In this document: positions 46,771 to 54,745 of the stretch, one piece after another
Position numbering within the stretch: the first letter of the stretch is position 1
How the letters are laid out: the number at the start of each line of letters is the position of its first letter
Assembly (NCBI GenBank): GCA_964396715.1
Contig: CAYNFQ010000004.1
Span: 1-59,255 of the forward strand
Source of the DNA: an uncultured Gammaproteobacteria bacterium
GTDB taxonomy: Bacteria > Patescibacteriota > Microgenomatia > Daviesbacterales > UBA10151
Direction: 5' to 3'
Length of the DNA: 59,255 nt
Notes under the pieces: generated by a model
Told to the model about the DNA's origin: nothing
Databases searched by the model: none
What the model saw: the letters and a program-made list of their open reading frames with translations, nothing else
Program-made: the position numbers and the translations under genes

Positions 46771-48210
46771 CTAGCTTAAAATTTTTACAGTCCCGTTGTC
46801 TGCATCAACTTTAACTAGGTCTCCGTCCTTAAAAACTTTTGTTGCTAGTTTCGTACCAACAATACATGGGATACCAAATTCTCTTGATACTATGGCTGCA
46901 TGACTTGTAATACCTCCCTCATCAGTAACTATTGCAGCCACTTTTCTCATTACGGGAACATAATCAGGATGAGTAGCAACTGCAATGAAAATATTTCCTA
47001 CTTCGACTTTATTTAAATCTTTAACGCCTCTTATAATTACAACCTTTCCTTCTGCTAATCCCTTTGATGCAATTCTTCCAGTTACATCTTTTACTTTTTC
47101 TTCTTCTTGTAAAAGATTCCAAGACTTCAGGATATTTTTTATTTCATCTCCTTGTAAACAAACCAACTCTTTATTTTTATCTAAATAAACTACATAACCC
47201 TTTTTCCTTTCTGAAATAATTTCTTTTGGAACTCGTACCCCAGTTCTTAGGAAATCTTCAATTTCGCTGGTTTGTAAATAACTTGTTTCTCCAGGATCAA
47301 TATTCATTCGCCGTGCAATTTCAGCAAAAAGGGGTTGTGCATAAAATACACTTTTTCTCCTGTAATCATCACGCGCATCTTTTATATAAACAAAACGTTT
47401 GGCCATTAACAAATACTCTAAAGCTTCTTTTGATATATTCAGTTCACCAGCAATCTTTTTGAATGAGACTGGTTTTTTTGAAGAAAGAGAGGTGAACGAT
47501 TTGATATGATTTCTAAATTCTTCTTTTGTCCAGGGTTTATTATGAATATCCAGACAAGATAGCCATTTAAATTTATTAAATAAATCTTCAAATTGTTTTT
47601 CGGAAAGTTTACCATTATATTTTCCAACTTCATATTGAAGTTGGAGAACAGCTGCGTTTTTATCAGGATGGAATAAGGCATTATGTATTTCTTGCTTTCC
47701 ACTTTCTCGATTGTTTTCTGAAATATATTTATCAAGAATTGCAGTGGCGCGGTCAGCAACATAATTATTTAGAATAAACGCAGACCAAGCAAAAACAGAA
47801 TATTTATCTCGTTTATCTTGATGGTCAAAAAACAATGATAACAACTCTTTATCACTTAATGATTTAAGATTTAAACTAGAAATCTTTTTAGCAAGAGCTA
47901 AATAATTTTTCCCATCAAAGATAAATTGTTTTTCGTATTCCTCTAATTTTTTAACATGAGAAGTATATCTTTCATTAAGGCCCTCCACTAACTCTACCCA
48001 AGATTTGCTGTCAATATAAAATGCTGTATTATGTCCTTCTCCGGGGATTACTACTTGATCTGTTGAAACTTTGGGGAAGTGATAATTCGCGTCAGCTAAA
48101 AGAGATACTGCTACTTCAGAATATTGCACCCCATATTCTCGCTCGTAAATCTTTTGCCATGATAGCTTATTTATTCGATCATTAAAAATTGGATCGGGCG
48201 CATTTTTCAT
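46771..48210 (-). CDS. PEP-utilising enzyme with phospho-histidine swivel domain and unique N-terminal domain
   Basis: C-terminal IVTDEGGITSHAAIVSREFGIPCIVGT..ATKVFKDGDLVKVDA; SD AGGAG before MKNAP. Confidence 0.9.
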   Translation of the reverse strand: MKNAPDPIFNDRINKLSWQKIYEREYGVQYSEVAVSLLADANYHFPKVSTDQVVIPGEGHNTAFYIDSKSWVELVEGLNERYTSHVKKLEEYEKQFIFDGKNYLALAKKISSLNLKSLSDKELLSLFFDHQDKRDKYSVFAWSAFILNNYVADRATAILDKYISENNRESGKQEIHNALFHPDKNAAVLQLQYEVGKYNGKLSEKQFEDLFNKFKWLSCLDIHNKPWTKEEFRNHIKSFTSLSSKKPVSFKKIAGELNISKEALEYLLMAKRFVYIKDARDDYRRKSVFYAQPLFAEIARRMNIDPGETSYLQTSEIEDFLRTGVRVPKEIISERKKGYVVYLDKNKELVCLQGDEIKNILKSWNLLQEEEKVKDVTGRIASKGLAEGKVVIIRGVKDLNKVEVGNIFIAVATHPDYVPVMRKVAAIVTDEGGITSHAAIVSREFGIPCIVGTKLATKVFKDGDLVKVDADNGTVKILS

Positions 48211-48211
48211 A

Positions 48212-48787
48212 TTAACTCCTAAAAATATCGTTTTCAGAAAGTCCAAACTCACGTCTTACATTTTTTATTCTTTTAACATACTCATTGAAAATAGGTTCTG
48301 GTTTATGAATTTTGTAAAAACCTTCAGCTCCCTTATAAAGGGAACAATCAAAAACATCAACATCTTTTACTAATTCTATATAAGGATTATCAGAATAAAT
48401 TTCTTTCTCGCTATGATGAGCTACTGCCTCTGTGATTGTTTTTATATCTTCAGGAGAAAAACCACCAACCTCTTCTAAAATATTTTTCGCAATAGGAGTA
48501 CCCAATTTTGCATGGTCTTTATATTTTCCTTCGACAATCACATATATATCATGTATTAAGGAGGCCACTTCAGAAATGGTAATATCCAATCCTCTTTTTT
48601 GCGCTAGTATTCTTCCAATTTGACAACAACCAGAAGAATGCTTTAATTCCCAAACAATAGAACTTTCTCGTTCATCATCCGGTAGATTTGATTCTAGCAG
48701 TAGTTCAACAACTTTTCTTTCAACCCTTTCAGAAGGTGTAAATTCATTACCTTTGTAATGATGAAAATCTTTTAATTGATTAGCCAT
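48212..48787 (-). CDS. HD domain phosphohydrolase
   Basis: KHS...LIHDI, DHAK.G, AHHS, VKDVD HD-family motifs. Confidence 0.85.
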   Translation of the reverse strand: MANQLKDFHHYKGNEFTPSERVERKVVELLLESNLPDDERESSIVWELKHSSGCCQIGRILAQKRGLDITISEVASLIHDIYVIVEGKYKDHAKLGTPIAKNILEEVGGFSPEDIKTITEAVAHHSEKEIYSDNPYIELVKDVDVFDCSLYKGAEGFYKIHKPEPIFNEYVKRIKNVRREFGLSENDIFRS

Positions 48788-48878
48788 ATAAGATCAGCTT
48801 GTGCTCTATGAGTATATCAAATTTTGTAAGAATAAATTAACAGAAAGTTTATCAATAAATTGTAAGCTTCGCCAAGGA

Positions 48879-49058
48879 CTACATACTGTGGTGCTGCTCA
48901 TGTTCTTCAAGCTCCACTTTGGAGTTTGCTTTTAAGCCACACTTTGAACAACTTATTGAATGTTCCTGTGTTCCTTCTGTTTGTTCGGTTGGATGATTAT
49001 GCTCTTTATGCATCTCGCAAGGACAAGAGCAGGCCATACAATTATTTTGATCGTTCAT
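48879..49058 (-). CDS. Small Cys/His-rich metal-binding protein with a C2H2-type motif (59 aa; absent from ORF track)
   Basis: Manual translation MNDQNNCMACSCPCEMHKEHNHPTEQTEGTQEHSISCSKCGLKANSKVELEEHEQHHSM*; strong SD AAGGAGGTGA at 49071-49080. Confidence 0.85.
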   Translation of the reverse strand: MNDQNNCMACSCPCEMHKEHNHPTEQTEGTQEHSISCSKCGLKANSKVELEEHEQHHSM

Positions 49059-49139
49059 AGTTTTATAAATTCACCTCCTTCCAAAAGTTTAATAATTTTT
49101 TGTTTCATAAGTTAAGTTTATTCAAAATTTTAATATAAT

Positions 49140-49439
49140 TCTGTTGTTTAGACGACAATTTTTCTTGAATCCTTTTTAAAGCCCCAATATATGCTGCTTC
49201 TCTTTATGATATCTACCGGAAGCTGTAAAACTTCTTCAGAAGATATATTCTTCCCCCCAAGCTTGTCCATATTTTTTAAATCGCAGACTGAACCGATACA
49301 GTAGTATCCGGCCAATAACCCTGTCCGGATTTGTAAGTTTTGCCAGCATTAAAGGATCAAGCTTGATATGCCTGGCTGCATTATTTAATTGTTTTTGGGC
49401 TCTTGCCCAGGGATTATTATTTACCATTCTGTCAGACAT
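49140..49439 (-). pseudogene. Collapsed glutamate dehydrogenase (Glu/Leu/Phe/Val DH) relic
   Basis: Three fragments in different frames: NPWARAQKQL...KLDP..L..PDRVI (N-terminus), GSV...NISSEEVLQLPVDII (NAD domain), REAAYIGALKRI (C-terminus). Confidence 0.65.
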
Positions 49440-49572
49440 TATATTCCCTAATCCTTCTCAAAATCTGTCGCTTAGATGACGGAATAATTTAATTGAAGGA
49501 TATACTCTTTAGGCGGATTACCAGTTAAAAATGTATAATAGCTATTGGCAGGAAGCCACAATTTTATGAAAT

Positions 49573-50286
49573 ATGAAAAATGTTAAAAAAGTTCCCAAAG
49601 TAGTCCTGGGGGTAGCAGCCCACCCTGATGATCTGGATTTTGGAGCCAGCGGGACGTTTGCCAAATGGGCAAAAGAGGGAACCGCCTGTTATTACCTGAT
49701 TTGTACCGACGGATCCAAAGGCTCTGATGATCCTGAAATGACAGAGGCTAAACTTATAAAAATCCGCCGGCAAGAACAAAAGGATGCCGCCAGGATTTTA
49801 GGCCTTAAAGATGTCTTTTTTCTTAAGCATCCTGACACACAGCTTATGGCTGATTATTCCCTTAAGGAAGAAATAACCTACTACATCAGGAAGCTAAAGC
49901 CTGAGGTTGTAATTACTATGGACCCGACTTTTGTCTATTCCTCAAAATTTGGTTTTATCAACCATACAGACCACAGGGCAGCAGGGCAGGCAACTCTTGA
50001 TGCGGTTTTTCCACTGGCCCGTGATAGGCTCACTTTCCCCAATCATTTGGCGCAGGGTTTAACGCCGCATAAGACAAAATTCCTGTATCTTGTCAGCTTT
50101 GAAAACCCCACAGAAGTTGTGGATATTTCCGAGGTAATAAAGACAAAATTAACAGCTCTCAGGGCGCATAAAAGCCAGATTAAAAAAGCTTCTTTGGCAG
50201 GCATAAAAAAGCGCCTGAAACAACTGGGTAAAGAATACGGGTTTGACTACGGGGAAGGGTTTGTCAAGATTACCCTTCCGGATTAA
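49573..50286 (+). CDS. PIG-L family deacetylase (MshB/BshB-like)
   Basis: AAHPDD, CTDGSKG, RRQEQ..AA..LG and NHTDH Zn-binding motifs, AHKSQ. Confidence 0.9.
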   Translation: MKNVKKVPKVVLGVAAHPDDLDFGASGTFAKWAKEGTACYYLICTDGSKGSDDPEMTEAKLIKIRRQEQKDAARILGLKDVFFLKHPDTQLMADYSLKEEITYYIRKLKPEVVITMDPTFVYSSKFGFINHTDHRAAGQATLDAVFPLARDRLTFPNHLAQGLTPHKTKFLYLVSFENPTEVVDISEVIKTKLTALRAHKSQIKKASLAGIKKRLKQLGKEYGFDYGEGFVKITLPD

Positions 50287-50298
50287 ATAGCTTTCTTT

Positions 50299-51507
50299 AT
50301 GTTTATTTTTAACTCACTTACCGCCAAATTAGAGCTTTTTAAACCCTTGAGTCAAAAAGAAGTCACTCTTTATGTTTGCGGGATAACCCCCTATGACACC
50401 ACCCATCTTGGGCACGCTTTTACCTATATATCATTTGATGTTTTGGTCAGGTTCCTGCGCTTTAGGGGGTATCGGGTGATCTATACCCAAAATGTCACCG
50501 ATATTAATGATAGGGATAATGATATTTTAAAGCGGGCTAAGGAACAAAAAACTACCTGGCAAAAACTTTCCCATACTTGGACAAAAAGGTTTCTTTCTGA
50601 TATGAAAAACCTAAACTGGACTGAGCCCACCAACTTTTTATATGCTTCCGGGCAAATTAAACCAATGATAAGCCTTATTGAGAAAATTATTAAAAATGGT
50701 ATTGGATATGTGGCAGGCAGCGGAGTCTATCTGGATATTACCAAAGATCCTGAGTTTGGTATTTTATCAAAGCTTTCTTCAGCTGAAATGATAGCAAAAG
50801 CAAAAGAATCTGAAGAGGATTTGGGCAGTCCCAACAAACGCCATCCTTTGGATATTACATTATGGAGGATGGCAACGCCTGATCAGCCAAAACATATTCC
50901 CTCATTTGACAGCCCCTGGGGAAAAGGCAGACCCGCCAGCGGGCGAGGCTCGCCCGGAGGGCGGCCAGGGTGGCATATTGAATGCTCTGCTATGGCGATC
51001 TCATCACTTGGCGAGCAAATTGATATTCACGGCGGAGGAAAAGATCTTATATACCCTCATCATGAAAGCGAAATCGCGCAGTCTGAGGCCGCAACTGGAA
51101 AAGTGCCATTTGTCAAGTACTGGCTTCACAGCGGCATTGTTTCCTACCAGGGTGAAAAAATGTCAAAGTCCAAAGGCAATTTAGTGATGGTCGCGGATCT
51201 TTTAAAAAAATATTCTGCAAATGCCCTGCGTTTCCTCCTTCTGTCCCATCATTACCGAGAGGATTGGGAATACTTTGAGAAGGATATTATTGAAGCGCAG
51301 AAAAAGGTTAGTTTTATAGAGTCGGCTATGAAAAATTCCCTGCCTGCTAAGGAAAATCAAAGTAGTAATTTCCAGGATAGTTTCATAGAGGTTATGGAGA
51401 ATGATTTGGACACCAGGAAGGCTCTTGATTTCCTGTATTCACTTGCCAAGAAAGGCCAAACTCAAGCGCTTAAGAAGCTGTATTATATTTTGGGGTTTAA
51501 ACCATAA
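50299..51507 (+). CDS. MshC-like cysteine ligase (CysRS paralog lacking the anticodon-binding domain)
   Basis: YVCGITPYDTTHLGHA (MshC-type, versus CGPTVYD in CysRS), QNVTD, GRPGWHIECS, PHHE, KMSKSKGN; only 402 aa. Confidence 0.8.
   Translation: MFIFNSLTAKLELFKPLSQKEVTLYVCGITPYDTTHLGHAFTYISFDVLVRFLRFRGYRVIYTQNVTDINDRDNDILKRAKEQKTTWQKLSHTWTKRFLSDMKNLNWTEPTNFLYASGQIKPMISLIEKIIKNGIGYVAGSGVYLDITKDPEFGILSKLSSAEMIAKAKESEEDLGSPNKRHPLDITLWRMATPDQPKHIPSFDSPWGKGRPASGRGSPGGRPGWHIECSAMAISSLGEQIDIHGGGKDLIYPHHESEIAQSEAATGKVPFVKYWLHSGIVSYQGEKMSKSKGNLVMVADLLKKYSANALRFLLLSHHYREDWEYFEKDIIEAQKKVSFIESAMKNSLPAKENQSSNFQDSFIEVMENDLDTRKALDFLYSLAKKGQTQALKKLYYILGFKP
50932..50963. repeat. GC-rich REP-like in-frame insertion in the MshC-like gene
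   Basis: CCCGCCAGCGGGCGAGGCTCGCCCGGAGGGCG adds 11 codons, turning PWGKGRPGW into PWGKGRPASGRGSPGGRPGW. Confidence 0.85.
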
Positions 51508-51512
51508 AATAT

Positions 51513-52067
51513 ATGAAAACTTATATTTATTTTGTAAGGCATGGTGATGTTAAAAACCCCAAAAATATCTGGTACGGCAGGCTTAAGTTTCATGGACTTT
51601 CTGAAAAAGGAAGATTGGAAACAGTAAAAGCAGCAAATTACCTAAAGGATAAGAAAATAGATTTAATCTATTCCAGTCCTCAGCTTAGAGCCAGACAAAG
51701 CGCAGAGATTATCAGAAAAAGATTAGCGATTAAAAAAATACATATTTCAAAAAAAATTAACGAGGTTAAATCATCTTTGCAGGGAAAACCTGCCATCTTT
51801 TTAGGTCTAATTGGCTGGCATATTTTTGCCTCAAAAAATAATGAAATTAAGGGTGAAACAATTGAGGATTTATCAAACAGGATGCAGGATTTTATTTCCA
51901 AAATCACCAGAATTCATAAAGGAAAACCTATTGCGGTTATCACACACGGGGACCCGATAATGATTGTTAAAGCAAAAAAAGAGGGATTACCTGTAAAAAT
52001 AGATTCAATCAGACCGCTGGATGGCAGCTATATTCAAAAAGGTGGAGTTTATCCTCTTAAAATTTGA
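51513..52067 (+). CDS. Histidine phosphatase superfamily protein
   Basis: FVRHG, SSPQLRARQSA, INE, ITHG. Confidence 0.92.
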   Translation: MKTYIYFVRHGDVKNPKNIWYGRLKFHGLSEKGRLETVKAANYLKDKKIDLIYSSPQLRARQSAEIIRKRLAIKKIHISKKINEVKSSLQGKPAIFLGLIGWHIFASKNNEIKGETIEDLSNRMQDFISKITRIHKGKPIAVITHGDPIMIVKAKKEGLPVKIDSIRPLDGSYIQKGGVYPLKI

Positions 52068-53278
52068 GAGAATTTATCAGCCAGTTTGTCCCAGCTTAAA
52101 TCCTGTACTCTTTTGTAGACTTCCTCACTCATTTTTTTATGTTCACTCTCGTTTACAAGTAAGTTTTTAATTTTTTTTGCCAAACGGATTGGATTAGATG
52201 ATGAGGTGAGCAGTGATCTGTGCTTTTTATCAAACAGGCCTGATACCCCGGCTGCATCTGTAATTATAACCGGAATTCCACAGGCCATAGCCTCCAGGGC
52301 TGTTATCCCAAAAGATTCGTATTGTGAAGGCAGCAGTACTACCTCGGATGCACTGTAGTAGTAGGGAAGGATATTCCTGTCTTTTTTCCCGACAAAATTA
52401 ACAAATATTTCTATACCTAAAACTTTTCTGATCTGCTCTAATCTGTTAAGCTCCGCTGACCACTTTTCCCGATCCTCGATCTTATTTCCTCCCACAATCC
52501 AAAGACAAATTTCTAAATCAGGATTTTTTTGCGCCAGTATTTTTATAGCGTATAAAATTACATCAATTCCTTTTAGAGGTTCAATTCTTCCCACAAAAAG
52601 GATTAATTTATGGTTGATACTTGCGCCAATTACTTTTTTGGCCGTATATTTATCAAGGGGTTTAAATAGTTTTAAATCAACCCCGGGTGTAAGGATTGAA
52701 ATTTTGCTTAACGGACAATTGTATAATGTATGAATATACTCCAAGTCGGAAGTGCTTGTTGCAATAACTTTATCTGCATATTTGACTAATTCAAATTCTG
52801 TTTTAATTCTTCCAAAGTCCGCTTTTTCTTCCTCGCTTTTGGCAACTAAATTTTTCATTAAGGCTAAAGTATGGAAGGTGATAAATAGCGGTATTTGATA
52901 TTTATTTTTTAACTGTAAGCCAATAAGGCCTGACAGGTAATAATGAGCGCTTATTAAATCATAAGATAATCCCTCTTTTCCTATAAATAAGTTTAAATTC
53001 CTGATAAATTCCGGGATATATTGAGCAAGTTCCTTTTTGGGAATTTCTACCGGTTCCCCTGCACCCAGGTGTATTACTCTTAAATTTTTTGAAACATCCC
53101 TAATTTCCGGACTGTCTTTATCAACACAGCGGGTATAAATATCAATCCCATAACCTTTTTTGGATAAGGCTTTTGATAGCTCTAAAATATAGGTATTCAT
53201 CCCGCCTATCTCTGCGTCTTTTTCATCAGTTAAAGGACAGGTGTGGTATGAGATAACAGCGATTCTTTTAATATCCAT
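52049..53278 (-). CDS. MshA-like GT4 glycosyltransferase
   Basis: RIAVISYHTCP...GGMNTY, AHYYLSG, TFHTLALMKN, PGVD, FVGRIEPLKG, PSQYESFG resemble MshA motifs. Confidence 0.82.
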   Translation of the reverse strand: MDIKRIAVISYHTCPLTDEKDAEIGGMNTYILELSKALSKKGYGIDIYTRCVDKDSPEIRDVSKNLRVIHLGAGEPVEIPKKELAQYIPEFIRNLNLFIGKEGLSYDLISAHYYLSGLIGLQLKNKYQIPLFITFHTLALMKNLVAKSEEEKADFGRIKTEFELVKYADKVIATSTSDLEYIHTLYNCPLSKISILTPGVDLKLFKPLDKYTAKKVIGASINHKLILFVGRIEPLKGIDVILYAIKILAQKNPDLEICLWIVGGNKIEDREKWSAELNRLEQIRKVLGIEIFVNFVGKKDRNILPYYYSASEVVLLPSQYESFGITALEAMACGIPVIITDAAGVSGLFDKKHRSLLTSSSNPIRLAKKIKNLLVNESEHKKMSEEVYKRVQDLSWDKLADKFSQILRG

Positions 53279-53290
53279 AATTGCAGGTCC

Positions 53291-53437
53291 TTATTTTCTG
53301 CCCACAATCAGATTATCTAAAATATATTCGATTTTTTTGTTGTTAATGGATTCTTTAGCAGGACTGTCTATAGGTGCTGTTAAAAGCAAGTATAGGTCTT
53401 TCAGTACTGTATTTCTTAAAATTTTTTTGATGTTCAT
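53291..53437 (-). CDS. Small hypothetical protein (48 aa; absent from ORF track)
   Basis: MNIKKILRNTVLKDLYLLLTAPIDSPAKESINNKKIEYILDNLIVGRK*; GGAGGAGG upstream with long 17-nt spacing; preceded by the 21-bp repeat. Confidence 0.45.
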   Translation of the reverse strand: MNIKKILRNTVLKDLYLLLTAPIDSPAKESINNKKIEYILDNLIVGRK

Positions 53438-53468
53438 ATTTAAACTATATATCTAACCTCCTCCGAAT

Positions 53469-53489
53469 TCTGTTGTTTGGATGACAATT
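53469..53489. promoter_or_regulatory. 21-bp site, copy 1 (putative Crp/Fnr-family operator)
   Basis: TCTGTTGTTTGGATGACAATT, identical to 54055-54075; TGT-N10-ACA geometry. Confidence 0.6.
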
Positions 53490-53518
53490 GTTATGACCAA
53501 TTATCAGTCTTCACTTCA

Positions 53519-53776
53519 TTACATTCTCGATCGAGAAGTTATTGAAGATAAGTTTCCACAAAAATTACACTTGGCAAAGAATTCTCCGGCTTTAGCTGCC
53601 TCTCTAACCGCTTTGCTCTCTATCCAGTATTGGTTATTTAAATTGCCTACGTAAATCCCGATCACAAAAGAAACGATGATAAAAGCCAGTCCCATCATCC
53701 CTACCATTCTGCACATATTACTCATTCCTTGAGCTTTTGGTACAACTGTTTTTGGATCAATCAACATTTCTCTCAC
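53519..53776 (-). CDS. Hypothetical membrane protein, possibly 3'-truncated
   Basis: One TM helix; overlaps the stop of the upstream Zn-ribbon gene. Confidence 0.5.
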   Translation of the reverse strand: MREMLIDPKTVVPKAQGMSNMCRMVGMMGLAFIIVSFVIGIYVGNLNNQYWIESKAVREAAKAGEFFAKCNFCGNLSSITSRSRM

Positions 53777-54021
53777 CCCCTTTCTGTAAATATAGTTACT
53801 TCAACAGAGCCACACAATCTACATTGAAATGGTTCAGACCCAATGAGACACTCCGGACACATATAGATTCCGTCTTTATAAATCAGCTCGCTCTGTTTGC
53901 ACCTGTTACATAAAAAAGTCACTCTGTCCTGATGAATCAACCCGTCATTAGGACATAAAAAATGGATATTTGGTTTTTGGAAACTATCCTGACAACTTTG
54001 ACAACTTTGAATTCCAACCAT
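53773..54021 (-). CDS. Multi-CxxC zinc-ribbon protein (82 aa)
   Basis: CQSC, CPND, CNRC, CPEC, CRLC. Confidence 0.8.
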   Translation of the reverse strand: MVGIQSCQSCQDSFQKPNIHFLCPNDGLIHQDRVTFLCNRCKQSELIYKDGIYMCPECLIGSEPFQCRLCGSVEVTIFTERG

Positions 54022-54054
54022 ATAAAATAAATTTACTACTCAACTAACTTTTAA

Positions 54055-54075
54055 TCTGTTGTTTGGATGACAATT
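54055..54075. promoter_or_regulatory. 21-bp site, copy 2 (putative Crp/Fnr-family operator)
   Basis: TCTGTTGTTTGGATGACAATT, directly downstream of the crp-like gene and 33 bp upstream of the Zn-ribbon ATG. Confidence 0.6.
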
Positions 54076-54077
54076 TT

Positions 54078-54743
54078 TTAAAGATCCTGCAGTTTTTGCA
54101 GATTAAAAGAGATTATTTTACTTTCTCTTTTGATAATCCCCTGATACTCAAATTTATTTAACAGTTCTGTCATGGTAGGGCGGGAGATTCCGATCATGTC
54201 TGCCAATTGCTCATGGGTAAATTTGGTGGTAATTATTACTCTATCATCCGTTACCTCCCCATGTTTTTTGGCAAGCCTTAACAGTAAATTTTTTACTTTA
54301 ACTAGTAAATTATCTGAAGCTAATGCTGCCACCTGTTTCTCAGACTCAACTATCTTGGTAAATAGCTCTTTAACCAGAGTATTGGCAATTGGAGGATGCT
54401 GGCTAACCATCTTAAAAAACTCATTCTTATCCATCACACAGACAAAAGAGTCTGTGGTAGCTTCAATAAATTGTTCAGCGACCTCATTAATACCCAAATC
54501 ACCAAAGACATCCCCTGGCCCTAAAATATCAATAATGATTTTTTTACCCTCCGGTGTCAGCTGATAAATTTCTACTTTGCCCACTTTTAAGATAAAAACC
54601 TTATTGCGGTCCTGTGGCTCCAGTATTACCTCTTTCTTCCCATATTCTTTAGCAGCAAAATGTTCCCCAATGTATTCAATTGCCTGCTCCGGGAGGGTCT
54701 TAAACAAATTTAGCTGTTTTAAAACCATCAGTTTTCTGTTCAT
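54078..54743 (-). CDS. Crp/Fnr family transcriptional regulator
   Basis: cNMP-binding-like domain (GKVEIYQLTPEGKKIIIDILGPGDVFG) and HTH THEQLADMIGISRPTMT. Confidence 0.93.
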   Translation of the reverse strand: MNRKLMVLKQLNLFKTLPEQAIEYIGEHFAAKEYGKKEVILEPQDRNKVFILKVGKVEIYQLTPEGKKIIIDILGPGDVFGDLGINEVAEQFIEATTDSFVCVMDKNEFFKMVSQHPPIANTLVKELFTKIVESEKQVAALASDNLLVKVKNLLLRLAKKHGEVTDDRVIITTKFTHEQLADMIGISRPTMTELLNKFEYQGIIKRESKIISFNLQKLQDL

Positions 54744-54745
54744 AG

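Noticed and set aside
50299-51507. Ordinary cysteinyl-tRNA synthetase call
   Set aside because: The GITPYD motif, short C-terminus and gene context favour an MshC-like enzyme. It cannot be fully excluded without the rest of the genome.
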